From Mobula hypostoma (lineage: Eukaryota): DNA of 64,000 nucleotides. Below the pieces are notes generated by a model. That model worked only from the letters and a program-made list of their open reading frames with translations. It searched no databases and was not told the DNA's origin. The stretch's first letter is position 1. Each line of letters opens with the position of its first letter. The DNA is taken from positions 192,202,001-192,266,000 of the forward strand of contig NC_086097.1 of the NCBI RefSeq assembly GCF_963921235.1. Direction: 5' to 3'. This document shows, piece by piece, positions 35,926 to 48,939 of the stretch. The position numbers were made by a program, and so were the translations under genes.

Positions 35926-38900
35926 GAACCATAGAACCATAGAACCATAGAAACTACAGCACAGAAACAGGCCCTTTAGCCCTTCTTGGCTGTGCCGAAC
36001 CATTTTCTGCCTAGTCCCACTGACCTGCACACGGACCATATCCCTCCATACACCTCCCATCCATGTATCTGTCCAATTTATTCTTAAATGTTAAAAAAGA
36101 ACCCGCATTTACCACCTCGTCTGGCAGCTCATTCCATACTCCCACCACTCTCTGTGTGAAGAAGCCCCCCCAAATGTTCCCTTTAAACTTTTCCCCCCTC
36201 ACACTTAACCCATGTCCTCTGGTTTTTTTCTCCCCTTGCCTCAGTGGAAAAAGCCTGCTTGCATTCACTCTATCTATACCCATCATAATTTTATATACCT
36301 CTATCAAATCTCCCCTCATTCTTCTACGCTCCGGGGAATAAAGTCCTAACCTATTCAACCTTTCTCTGTAACTGAGTTTCTCAAGTCCCGGCAACATCCT
36401 TGTAAACCTTCTCTGCACTCTTTCAACCTTATTTATATCCTTCCTGTAATTTGGTGACCAAAACTGAACACAATACTCCAGATTCGGCCTCACCAATGCC
36501 TTATACAACCTCATCATAACATTCCAGCTCTTATACTCAATACTACGATTAATAAAGGCCAATGTACCAAAAGCTCTCTTTACGACCCTATCTACCTGTG
36601 ACGACACTTTTAGGGAATTTTGTATCTGTATTCCCAGATCCCTCTGTTCCACTGCACTCCTCAGTGCCTAACCATTAACCCTGTATGTTCTACGTTGGTT
36701 TGTCCTTCCAACGTGCAATACCTCACACTTGTCAGTATTAAACTCCATCTGCCATTTTTCAGCCCATTTTTACAGCTAGTCCAAGTCCCTCTGCAGGCTC
36801 TGAAAACCTTCCTCACTGTCTACAACACCTCCAATCTTTGTATCATCAGCAAACTTGCTGATCCAATTTACCACATTATCATCCAGATCATTGATATAGA
36901 TGACAAATAACAATGGACCCAGCACTGATCCCTGTGGCACACCACTAGTCACAGGCCTCCACTCAGAGAAGCAATTTTCTACCACCACTCTCTGGCTTCT
37001 TCCATCGAGCCAATGTCCAATCCAATTTACCACCTCTCCATGTATACCTAGCGACTGAATTTTCCTAACTAACCTCCCATGCGGGACCTTGTCAAAGGCC
37101 TTACTGAAGTCCATGTAGACAATATCCACTGCCTTCCCTTCATCCACTTTCCTGGTAACCTCCTCAAAAAACTCCAACAGATTGGTCAAACATGACCTAC
37201 TACGCACAAAGCCATGTTGAATCTCCCTAATAAACCCTTGTCTATCCAAATGCTTGTAGATTCTGTCTCTTAGTACTCCTCCAATAACTTACCTACTACT
37301 GACGTTAAACACACCGGCCTATAATTTCCCCGATTACTTTTCGATCCTTTTTTAAACAACGGAACAACATGAGCCACTCTCCAATCCTCCAGCACTTCAC
37401 CCGTAGACAGCGATATTTTAAATATTTCTGCGAGGGCCCCCACAATTTCAACACTAGTCTCCTTCAAGGTCCAAGGGAACACCCTGTCAGGTCCCGGGGA
37501 TTTATCCACTTTAATTTTCCTCAAGACAGCAAGCACCTCCTCTTTTTCAATCTGTACAGTTGCCATGGTCTCACTACTTGATTCCCTCAATTCCATAGAT
37601 TTCATGCCAGCTTCCTTAGTAAATACAGACGCAAAAAACCTATTTAAGATCTCCCCCATTTCCTTTGGTTCCGCACAAAGCCGACCACTCTGATCTTCAA
37701 GAGGACCAATTTTATCCCTTACAATCCTTTTGCTCTTAATATACTTGTAAAAGCTCTTTGGATTATCCTTCACTTTGACTGCCAAGGCAACCTCATGTCT
37801 TCTTTTTGCCCTCCTGATTTCTTTCTTAAGTATATTCTTGCACTTCTTATACTCCTCAAGCACCTGATTTACCCCCTGTTTCCTATACATTTCATACAAC
37901 TCCTTCTTCTTCTTTATCAGAGTTGCAATATCCCTTGAGAACCAAGGTTCCTTATTCCTATTCAATTTGCCTTTAATCCTGACAGGAACATACAAACTCT
38001 GCACTCTCAAAATTTCCCCTTTGAAGGCTTCCCACCTACCAATCACATCTTTGCCAGAGAACAACCTGTCCCAATCCACGCTTTTTAGATCCTTTCTCAT
38101 TTCTTGAAATTTGGCCTTCTTCCAGTTCAGAACCTCAACCCTAGGACCAGATCTATCCTTGTTCATGATCACATTGAAACTAATGGTGTTATGATCACTG
38201 GAACTAAAGTGCTCCCCTACACAGACTTCTGTCACTTGCCCTAATTCGTTTCCTAACAGGAGATCCAATATTTCATCCCCTCTAGTTGGTCCCTCTATAT
38301 ACTGATTTAGAAAACTTTCCTGAACATATTTTACAAACTCTAAACCATCTAGACCCCTAACAGTATGGGAGTCCCAATCAATGTATGGAAAATTAAAATC
38401 CCCTACCACCACAACTTTATGTTTCCTGCAGTTGTCTGCTATCTCTCTGCAGATTTGCTCTTCCAAGTCTCGTTGACTATTGGGTGGTCTGTAATACAAT
38501 CCCACTAATGTGGCCATGCCTTTCCTGTTTCTCAGCTCCACCCATAAGGACTCAGTAGACAAGCCCTCTAATCTGTCCTGCCTGAGCACTGCTGTAATAT
38601 TTTCCCTAACAAGCAATGCTACTCCCCCATCTTTCATTCCTCTGCCTCGATCACATCTGAAACATCGGAACCCTGGAATATTAAGCTGCCAGTCCTGCCC
38701 CTCCTGTAGCCAAGTTTCATTAATCGCTACAACATCATAATTCCACGTGTCAATCCACGCCCTCAACTCATCTGCCTTCCCCGCAATACTCCTAGCATTG
38801 AAATATATACATCTCAGAAGATTTTTACCACCACTCACAACCTTTCTATCAGCGGATTTGCTTAGACTTTCAACATCATTTATTTTCACCCCAGCCACAC

Positions 38901-39003
38901 TGTCAGCTCTGGCACTCTGGTTCCCATCCCCCTGCAAATCTAGTTTAAAGCCTCCCCAATAGCACTAACAAACCTCCCTGAAAGGATATTGGTCCCCCTG
39001 TGG
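35926..39003 (-). mobile_element. CR1 LINE: ORF1 end plus nearly complete ORF2 (endonuclease + RT) with few lesions
   Basis: ORFs 37270..38937, 36776..37249 (SKFADD) and 36011..36652; 3' tail (gaaccata)n at 35926-35952. Confidence 0.95.
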
Positions 39004-39621
39004 AACTCTACTATATGAAAGGAAAAACATAAAAATAACATGGGTTCGCCTACAAAGCTCCCCTCCAAGTAAGACCCCACTGGATTTTGGAGATGTATTG
39101 CTTTTTATTTTCACTGGCTCCAAATCCTGGAAATCTCTACATAATAATACTGTGAGAGTACTTTGATCTCAGTGACCATCTTCTTACCTTCTACTTAGGC
39201 TTGTGAAACTTTGCTTGTAGAAATCCATAATCTTACCATTACAAATAAAACTCCGAACCATTTCCTCCTTTAAAAGTAGTTAGTAGAATGAGAGAAAGCA
39301 CACATGGTGTTTCATCTGTTTGCTGTTGACATTTAAAAAGTAAACATATCTCTTAATGTGCATTTGACATTTTTGCTCTCTCAATACTGTAGGTGTCCCC
39401 AATATTGATTCCAACATTACTAAAAGGACAGAACTTCTGGTTAAAAGGCTACTCATAGATTTTGATTGCCGTTGTTCCTACAACAGTCACTGTGCCTCTC
39501 ATCTACTTCTTTAATTGTAAAAGGAACTCTGGGAAATCTGAAGATCCTAAAAAATGTTATATAACTTAATTAATTCCTTGATTTCCTCCCTTTCATTCCT
39601 ATACTCAATGCCATTAATATA

Positions 39622-39996
39622 CAGTACTGTGCAAAATTCAGACCCCTGAAGATTTTTTATATTGTTTCATATGGTATGGCTTCCACAGAGCCCTGATCAA
39701 GGCTCTCTGGGATTACCTGGAGGGACAAAAGCAAGCAAGACAGCCAAAATCTGCAAAAGAATTATGGCAAGTTCTCCAAGATATTTGGAACGACCTACCA
39801 GCCAATTTTTTTATAAAACTGCACCACTGTGTACCTTACAGAGCTGATGCGAATTTAATGACAAAGAGTGGTCTCACCAAATATTGATGTTTTTTACTAT
39901 TTACCGCTCTTTAGACACTTATCATTTCATTATTTTTGAAAGCATCATAGCATTACAGAAATATTTACATGTGCCTAATACTTTTGCACAGTACTA
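39622..39996 (+). mobile_element. Internally deleted Tc1-like DNA transposon
   Basis: Inverted termini (ta)cagtactgtgcaaaa ... ttttgcacagtact; internal WLPQSPD...LWDYL resembles the Tc1 WPxxSPDL motif. Confidence 0.8.
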
Positions 39997-42900
39997 ATAC
40001 AGGAGTAATGTGAAGCTGTTCCTGTGACTCTATGGGGACATATATTCTATGTTGGTCTTTTGTCCGTCGACTGACATGAGAAGCAGTGTTTATTAATAGG
40101 ATGAATTACACCTGTGGTTTTAGATACATCACCACATCATGTCATCATAGCTGTGTTGAAATATAAACAAGTTCACAACCATTCTATTGAATTTAGGCAG
40201 TATTCCAAAACTATTTATAAGATAACGTGATTATTGCTGAAAGCAATTTCTCCTTTATAGCTACATGCAGAGTTGAATGGTAACATACTTTATAAACAAA
40301 TGCTTAAAGACATTGAAGGTGTCTAATTTCAGCATAGAGAGCACGTAATTTAAAAAATAGCTTCAAAGATATAATCCCTGGAGATGGAAGTCTAAGCCAA
40401 AGTAATTTTTATAATTGCAAAAACTACTGAATCACAAAATTCAGACCAGAACTTCCAAAACAAATATAATGAAATGAAAGTAAATGCACAAGGTTATAAA
40501 GTCTATATTATCTTTAGTAGTCTAGACTAAATCAATATTTCTGGTGGATGAACGACATTTATTTACTAAACTTTATGATACATGTACAATAATTCTCCAG
40601 AATTTCAGGTAAGGTATCTTGAGAAGAAAGCTCATCTTAGTAATATGGTGCAATCATTAACTACTAACAAGATTCCTAATAATTTCTGATCTTATGTGCA
40701 AGATAAATTCACTTTGTTTTTATTAGAAGTTGCAGCATTTGGGTAAAAGATTTGTATTTTATATTTGTGACACATTGCTTTTGGCACATTGGCCTTCATA
40801 AATCAAAGTATTAAGTACAGGAGGTGGGATGTTATGTCAAAGTTGTTGTCGTCATGGCTATCCCTCGAGGTTAAGGATGATGGTCTTTGTTCTGTTGATC
40901 TATTTATGGGCTCTCAAGTGGCTTATGAGTCCAATCTTGGCTTTGAACATTCTTCCGCATTCAGGACAGGTAGTTCCAGATGGCAGATCGGGCTTTGGCT
41001 GTTGCTGCCTCTCTTTCCATTGTCTTCTCTTTTCTTCTAATTCTGCACATCTGTTGGCTTCGAAAGTTGCTGTTCCTTCTTGGATGATGGCTTGCCAGAG
41101 TTTCCTGTCCTTGGCACTGGTTTCCCAATTGTTGATGTTGATGTTACATTTCTTCATGTTGGCTTTTAAGATGTCTTTGAATTTCTTCTGTTGTCCGCCT
41201 CTTTTACATTTGCCTTCTTTAAGCTGGGAGTAGAAGACTTGTTTCGGTAGACATTTGTCTTTCATCCAAACAACATGACCGCTCCATCTTAGTTGGTTCT
41301 TGATGACGTAGGCTTCAATGTTTGTTGTTTTTGCTTCATTTAGCACACTGACGTTGGTTCTTCTATCTTCCTAGCTGATTTTTAAGATGTTTCGAAGACA
41401 GTGTTGATGGAACATTTCAACTGCCTTCAGATGTAGTCAGTATGTTGTCCAGGTTTCTGATGCATACAGGAGCATTGGGATTACCACTGCTTTGTACATT
41501 AACATTTTGGTGTCTATTCAGATGTCACAATTATGAAAGACTCTTGTTCAAAGACATCCAAAAGCTGTTCCAGCGCATTTAAGACGATGTTGGATCTTGT
41601 CATTAACGTCGACTTTGGAGGAGAGATGACTTCCAAGATACGGAAAGTGGTCCACGTTTTCTAGGGTTGTTTCGCCAAGTTGCATTGATGGTTCTATCCG
41701 ATTTGTCTCAGGTGGTGACAGTTGGTAGATGATCTGAGTCTTCTTGGAATTGATGGTAAGTCCAAGTTTCATGATTGCATGGTTGAAGGTAGTCAGAATC
41801 TGTTGTAGGTGGTTTTCTGAAAGAGCTGCAACACTGTTGTCATCTGCACATTGGAACTCGATGAGGGAACTCGTGGATGTCTTGTTTTTGGACTTGATAT
41901 GAGCAAGATTGAAAAGTCTGCCATCTGTTCTGTAGACAATTTCGATTCCTGGGAGTAGGTCGTCCTTGATAATGTGGATGATTGTTGCAATGAAGATGGT
42001 GAACAAATCTGGGGCAATGATGCATCCCTGTTTTACTCCTGATCTAACTTGAAAAGGCTTACAGTTACTATTGCTGACCATGACTGTGGCAAGCATGCCA
42101 TTGTGGAGGAGTTTCAGGATTCGAATGTACTTTTCAGGGCATCCATAGGTAGATAGGACATCCCATAGGAGTTCCCTTGATACCAAGTCAAAAGCTTTGG
42201 TGAGGTAGATGAATGCCATGTACAAAGGTTGAAGTTGCTCACGACATTTTTCTTGTAGTTGTTGCATTGTGAAGGTCATGTTGATTGCTCCACGTGATGG
42301 TCTAAAACCAGCTTGTGTCCCTGGAAGGATCTTCTCGGCTAAAGGCTTGAGCCGGTTGTTCATGATGCGGGTGAGGATCTTTCCTTCTGTTGCTAACAGG
42401 GAAATTCCATGATAGTTTCCGCATTCGGATCAATCGCCTTTTCTTTTGTAGATGGTAATGATTGCTGAGTCTCTAAAGTCTGCTGGTGCGTCTTCGTTTA
42501 TCCAGATCTTGATGAGAAGTTGATGCAGTTGATAATGAAGCGGGTTACCTCCAATTTTGTAGACCTCGGCTGGTATTCCATCGAGTCCAGTGGCCTTTTT
42601 GTTTTTCAAGGTTTTGATGGCTTCCTTGCCTTCTTCAAGTGTTGGTATTTTGCTTAGGGAGTCATCAACGGGCTGTTTTGGAATGTTGTTAATCATATTC
42701 CTGTCAAATGAGATGGTTTGATTTAGAAGATCTTCAAGATGCTCCCTCTATCTAGAATTGATGTCAGCATTGCTCTTCAGGATGGTTGAACCATCTTTGC
42801 TTTTGAGAGGGGCTTGACTGTGAATGGATGGGCCAAAAATAGCTTTAGTTGCATTGAAAGAATCTTGAGCGTCATTGGCGTCTGCTAGTTGTTGGATTTC

Positions 42901-43018
42901 CTGAGCTTTCTTCCTCCACCATTGGTCTTTCAGGATTTGGGTGCTCTTCTGGACTGCAGCCTTGCATTCCTGATAGCATTTCCTTTTGGTCACTGATTGT
43001 TGGTCATTTTGTAAGGTA

Positions 43019-44630
43019 CATGTTTCCCCCACCATCTGAAGGTAGAGCATTCCTATGAAACAGTTCGTAAACTGGAATGTCATAAAGCGAAGAAGCAATT
43101 ACCATTTATTTATATGGGAAAAATTTGTGCGCATTCGCAGACCCAAAAATAACCTACCAAATCATGCCAAATAACAGTAAAGCCTAAAATAACAGTAACA
43201 TATAGTAAAAGCAGGAATGATATGATAAATGCACAGCCTATATAAAGTAGAAATACTTCTCTACAATCATTGCCACACTGTTCTCCGTAGCGAAAGTCTC
43301 ACGTAAGTGTTCTCGGCAGAAACACAGCGTAAGCACTCTCGGTGGAAACACTCTCTCCAGTAACCTTTAAGCGATGAAGCTCAAATCATACCAAATAACA
43401 CTTACTGGAATTAGGAAGACAGCGCCAAGCACACTGATGATGGTGTGTTAGGCTGAGTCGTCGGATGGTGGGGTGGTGTAGTGGTCCCCAACCTCCAGGC
43501 CGCCGACCAGTACCGATCCGTGAAGCATGCAGAGGTACAGTGGAGGCCGGGACGCACCTAGCTCATCTTTAAGAAAAAAGCCGAAATAAAGAAGCTAATT
43601 AATTAGGTGCCGCTCGGCACATAAATGCCGGCCCAGATCAGAGGTAACGCCATGGACAATTGGCAATCGCCTCTGATCCGGGCCGACATTTAAGTGCTAG
43701 GCAGCACCTAATTAATTAGCTTCTTTATTTCAGCTTTTTTCTTAAAGATGTGCTGGGTGTGTCCTGGCTTCCGCTGCATTCTCCGCGGCAATGTATCAGT
43801 CCGCGGCCTGGGGGTTGGGGTGATAGGACACTGGGGTGTCATCTCATCATCATCTGTTCCCATCACGGCAGGCAGGTCATCTTCTTCTATGTCTGCCTGC
43901 CTCGATGTCGAAGGTCGAGGTTCGTCGTCTGCTGTGGCTGATGTGGAAGGCTTGCTTGACTGCTTAGCCTCGCGCATTTTTCTATCATACAGTTCTGTGC
44001 AAGCACTCAAACCATCTTGCAAATATGCCCTAAACCAACGTACCCTTTAAAAATTAAAGTCGTACTTTATCATTGCAGCGAAAATTTCACGCAGTTGCTT
44101 CACGTTCAGTTCCTGGATGACTTCACTTTCTGTTAGTTTGCTACTGCATTCGGTTTCGATTGTTATCCTTTCCTCTTCCAATTGCATCAGCTCTTCATCT
44201 ATCAGTTCTTGGTCATGGGATGCCAAAACCTCTTCAACATCACCTTCGTCAACTTCCACAAGCCAAATTCACTTTGTCCTTGCTTCGTTCTCCACGATTG
44301 AAACTCTTAATTATGTCTAGTTTTACGCTAAGTGTAACACCTTTACAAGCTCTTTTAGGATTTTCCAATACCATAGAACTCATTTTGCTAATGGCTGCTC
44401 ACAGGCACGTGTTTAAGCAATGCCAGCTAGAATGCAGTTCCAAATCCAAGGGAGGAGTTTGGCTGCTCGGGGCGCGCGGCGTGCTGCCTTTTATTGCGCG
44501 CTGCTTTTTTTGCATGCTGTCTTTTTTCGTAATAGTGAAAACACCTGTTAGCGAAAAAACGTAACTAACGTAGGTCTTTTGTAACAGTGAGGTTTCGTAA
44601 AGCGATCGTTCAAAAAGTGGGGGACACCTG
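43019..44630 (-). mobile_element. Non-autonomous Tigger/pogo DNA transposon inserted in the RTE
   Basis: TA duplication at 43017-18 and 44631-32; imperfect TIRs catgtttcccccac / gtgggggacacctg; transposase N-terminus (ATG 44383, KGVTLSVKLDIIK) joined to acidic C-terminus (DVEEVLASHDQELIDEEL); RTE frame AFIT|LQND restored on removal. Confidence 0.9.
43486..43820. repeat. Long imperfect palindrome inside the Tigger element
   Basis: Arms include aaataaagaagctaattaattaggtgc / gcacctaattaattagcttctttattt; centre gccatggacaattggc at ~43649-43664. Confidence 0.92.
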
Positions 44631-46378
44631 TAATGAAAGCTTTTCTCTTTTCGTCGATGAGTTGTTGGAGTTGTTTGTTGTTATCATCAAACCAATCCTG
44701 ATGTTTTTTCATCTTGAACCCAATTGTTTCTTTGCAGGAGGTGATGAGAGCATTCTTCAATTGATTCCAGTGTTCTTCAACAGATGGTGGAATTTTGTTG
44801 AGGCAGTTGTTCTTGAAGATTTTGTTGGAACTTCTGTACATGGTTGATGTCTTGAAAGATGTCAACATTAAATTTCTTAATAGTGTTCTGATTTTGGTGT
44901 TTCCTTTTGAGCCGAATCTTCATTGTCATGGTGGACAAGATGAGTCGATGGTCTGTCCAGCACGCGTTGGCACCAGTAACAGCTCTTGTTATCAGTACAT
45001 CTTGTTGGTCCCGAGATTGTATGATGATGTAGTCGATGAAGTGCCAGTGTTTGGAGCGTGGATGCTGCCAGGAGACTTTGTGCCTGTTTTTCTGGCGAAA
45101 TAGGGTGGTTGTAATCACCAGGTTGTGTTCAGCATATTTGGTGAGGAGGAGTGTTCCATTGGTGTTGACCTTGCCAACTCCTTCCTTGTTTATTATTCCA
45201 GTCCAGAGCCTATGACCTTTCCCAACTCTGGCATTGATGTCTCCCAAGAGAATGATCTTGCCGTTGTTGGGAACAGAGAAAAGGACTTGGTCAAGTTGGG
45301 CGTAGAAGTTCATCTTTACTTCATCTTCAGCATCCAGAGTTAGAGCATTGGGGCTGATGATGGTGGCATGTTGGTTGTTGACAAGCTGGATTCGCAGAGT
45401 CATGAGACGTTCGTTGATTCCCAGTGGTTGCTCTGTCTGCTTCTGAAGTAGGCTGTTTCGGATGGCAGAAGCTACTGCATTGATCCTCGGTTGTTCAGGA
45501 TCAAGTCCTTTCCAGAAAAAGATGTGTTGACCTTGCTCTTCCTTTAGTTGCCCTTCTCCAGCTCTGCGGGTCTCACTCAGAGCAACAAAGTCAAAGTTGA
45601 ATTTTTGGAGTTCCTCGGCAACAAAGGCAGTTCTCCTCTCTGGTCGGTCTGAGCTTGGGTTATCCATCAGAGTTCGTATATTCCAGGTTCCAAATTTCAT
45701 AGTTTCACTTCTCGTTTTTTTTCGACCGCATAATGTTGATTCCTCTGGACATGGCTTTCCAAACAGGATGGGGTGAAGCAGACTATTTTTAGGGCACCTT
45801 TTCTAGCCCATTCCCAATTCAGGGTGAGCAGAGTGGATCCTAAATAGGGCTGCTCAGACGTGAATACTGCTGCCGAACAACTTTCCTGCTTTTGTCCAAA
45901 AGTTGAGCAACTGATTTACTGCTTTCGTGCTGGTTCTTGACTAGGAGCTTCCAGCCATCACATTGCCTGCTCTCGTCGCCCTCCCCCGATTGCTGAAAGA
46001 CTTGAAGAAGTGGCCCACAGAGCAAAGACACCTGTGCGTGTATTTGTTTAATGTGTACTTGATGTTGTACTCCAAGAAGCACATGATACTTCACAAATCA
46101 ACCAACTGATTCCAATGGCATGGAAACCACGACGATTGGAGCTGATGGATTTGTTGCAGACTTCATCCACGTTCACAACCATTGAGTTCGAAGTAACTTT
46201 GTCCACCTGTTCCACCGTTGAGGTGTTGGTTGGATTGTTCTTTTGTCAGGGACCTCACCCTCGATCTTACCACATGGGTGACCCCACCAGGAGCATAGCT
46301 CTGAGACAGCATCGCTCTTGGGATCTCAGGACCACACAAGCTTCTCCACCGCAACAAGGTGACAATCCATGGAGAAGC

Positions 46379-46955
46379 GTCAAAGCTGTATAAAACATTT
46401 GTGAGGCCTAACTTGGAGTATTGTGTGCAGTTTTGGTCACCGAAAAGAAAGATGTAAATAAGGTGGAAAGAGTACAGAGAAAATTTACAATGATGTTGCC
46501 GGGACTGAAGGACCTGAGTTATAAGGAAAGATTGAATAAGTCAGGATCTTATTCCTTGGAACATAGAAGATTGAGGGGAAATTTAACAGAGGTGTACAAA
46601 GTTATGAAGGGTATAGATAGGAAAAATCCAAGCTGGCCTTTGTCACTGAGGTTGAGTGGGACTTCAACTAGAGTTCACAGGTTAAGGGTGAAAGGAGAAA
46701 AGTTTAAGGGGAACATGAAGGGAAACTTCTTCACTGAGAGGGCTGTGAGAGTGTGGAACGAGCTGCCAGCGCAAGTGGTGCATGCAAATTCGATTTCAAT
46801 ATTTAAGAGAAGCTTAGATAGGTACATGGATGGTAGATGTATGGAGTGCTATGATTCTGGCGCAGATTGATGAGAGTAGGCAGTTTAAATGATTTCAGCC
46901 TGGACTAGATGGCCAAAGGGCCTGTTTCTGTGCTGTACTTTTCTCTGACTCTATG
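46379..46955 (+). mobile_element. CR1 3' fragment; its upstream part is at ~40780-40846, split by the RTE
   Basis: ORF 46421..46870 VERVQRKFT...FFTERAVRVWNELP. Confidence 0.88.
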
Positions 46956-47779
46956 GTGACATTGCTAGGAAAAGCCTTGGGAATGTTTTCTTAGGCTGCA
47001 TTCAGAATGGTCTCAGACCAAATCATTATAGAACTAAACAGGAAATTATCTGTTTTAGATGTGGTATTGTATAATCTGATGGGGTTAATCTGACAGTCTC
47101 AGTCCTTTACAAAGAGGGTTGAGGCTAAGTAAGAATATTAAGGATCATAGTAAATTGAAAGAAAAGGCATAAGTAGGACCACCAGATCATAAGATTTGGG
47201 AACAATGAGCTATTTAGCCTCTCAGGTTTGTTCTGCTATTCAGTACTTTCATGGCTGACCTGACATTCCTTAAATCTAATTTTCTACCTTACCTTGTTTT
47301 CTTGTACTGATTAGAAACCTCAGCCTTATTAATAACCAAAGACTTCATCTCCTCAATTCCTGTGGCAAGGAGTTCCAAAGACTCAGAGCTCTCCGAGAGA
47401 AGATATTCTTCCTGATCGCAGTCAAAATTTTACTGTCATGTAGCTCCATTTCCCTAGCAAGGACACTCATGTTGGAGGAGTAACACCTTATATTCTGTCT
47501 AGGTAGACTCCAACTTGATGGCATGAACATAGATTTTTCTAACTTCTGGTAATTTCTCCCCCTCCCCCTTCTCTCTTTCCCTATTGTCCTTTCTGGTTCC
47601 CGTCTCTAGATTAGAAATGTTCAGATTAGAATGCTATAATTTAAGAGGAATATTATGGGAACTTCATACGATGTGGAATAATGATGGGAAAAAGGGCTAT
47701 AAGTTTTCCTTTTTTTTGTTTTCAAGGTTCTGAGTCATCAATTTCTGAATAGATCTTTAGCTAAAATTTTCCTCCATGC

Positions 47780-48710
47780 CGAGGGACAGTGTTGCAAAGA
47801 GTGGGAATACATGGGGCCTTTTTTCATTAGCTGCTGGTGGCTAGTGGCGTTCCAAACGAATCAGTTTTGGGACCACTTCTTTTCACATTGAATGTCAATA
47901 ATTTGTTAACGGAGTTGATGGTTTTGTGACCATACCTGAAGATTATATGAAGATTGGTGGAGGGGCAAGTAGCATTCAGGAAACAGGGAGTCTACAGAAG
48001 GATTTAGAGAAATTAGGAGAATGGGCAAAGAAGTGGCATATGGTATATAATGTAGGAAAGTGTATGGTCATGCACTTTGGTAGAAGGTATAAAGGCATAG
48101 ACTATTTCCTAAATGGGGAGGAAATTTAAAAATCAGGTACAAAGAGACATCGTGCAGGATTCCCTAAAGGTTAACTTGCAGGTTGAGTCGGTGGTAAAGA
48201 AGGCAAATGCAATATTAGCATTTATTTTGACTAGGATAGAATATAAAAGCAAAGATGTAATCCTGGGACTTTGTAAGGCGTAGGTCAGATCACAATGTGA
48301 GCATTGTGAGCAGATTTGCATCCCTTACCTATGAAAAGTTGAACTGGCATTGGAGAGGGTCCAGAGGTAGTTAACGAGAATTATTCTGGGAATGAATGGA
48401 TTAACATATGAGGAGCATTTGATGGCCCTGGAACTGTTTCGCTGGAGTTTAAAAGAATGAGGTGGGATCTCACTGAAACCAATCAAATATTGAACGGCTT
48501 TGATTGAGTGGAAGTGGGAGGATATTTCCTATGGTGAGTGAGTCCAGGACCAGAGGACACAGCCTCAGAATAGAGGAATGTCCATTTAGAACAGAGATAA
48601 AGAAATTGCATTCATCAGAGTGTCGTGAATTTGTGGAATTCATTACCACAGATGTCTGTGGAGGCCAAGTTAGTGGGTATATTTGAAGTGGAAATTGATA
48701 TATATGTTCC
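47780..48710 (+). mobile_element. Degenerate CR1 RT fragment
   Basis: LQKDLEKLGEWAKKW...KCMVMHFG in ORF 47926..48129. Confidence 0.8.
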
Positions 48711-48939
48711 AATGTTTATATGCTATTAATTACTTTCCTGATTTTATGCTAAATTGTAAATGTCAAGAGTACAAAAACTATCTCTGGACGCCCACAAATT
48801 TACTCCCCTCTGCGAACATTGAACATGTATTTTTGTATTCCCCTGAAATTTATTCTGTTGCCTTCAATGGAACAACCTTGTGTAAAACACATTGCAATAA
48901 TTGCAAAGCACATTTAGTCTACCAACTGAAGAGGAATTT

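Larger units (their letters stand above)
40847..46378 (-). mobile_element. Full-length RTE-clade LINE (5'UTR, AP endonuclease, RT, C-terminal zinc finger), disrupted
   Basis: ORFs 44777..45700 (GTWNIRT, SETR, TDH), 41548..42363 (GVKQGC, CADD) and 40900..41346 (CPEC...HLRAH); imperfect 11-bp TSD gtcaaagttgt (40836-40846) / gtcaaagctgt (46379-46389). Confidence 0.92.

Noticed and set aside
35926..35955. Short tandem repeats here and at ~919-940, 2072-2087 and 50520-50552 as a CRISPR or satellite array
   Set aside because: They are LINE 3' microsatellite tails with no spacers
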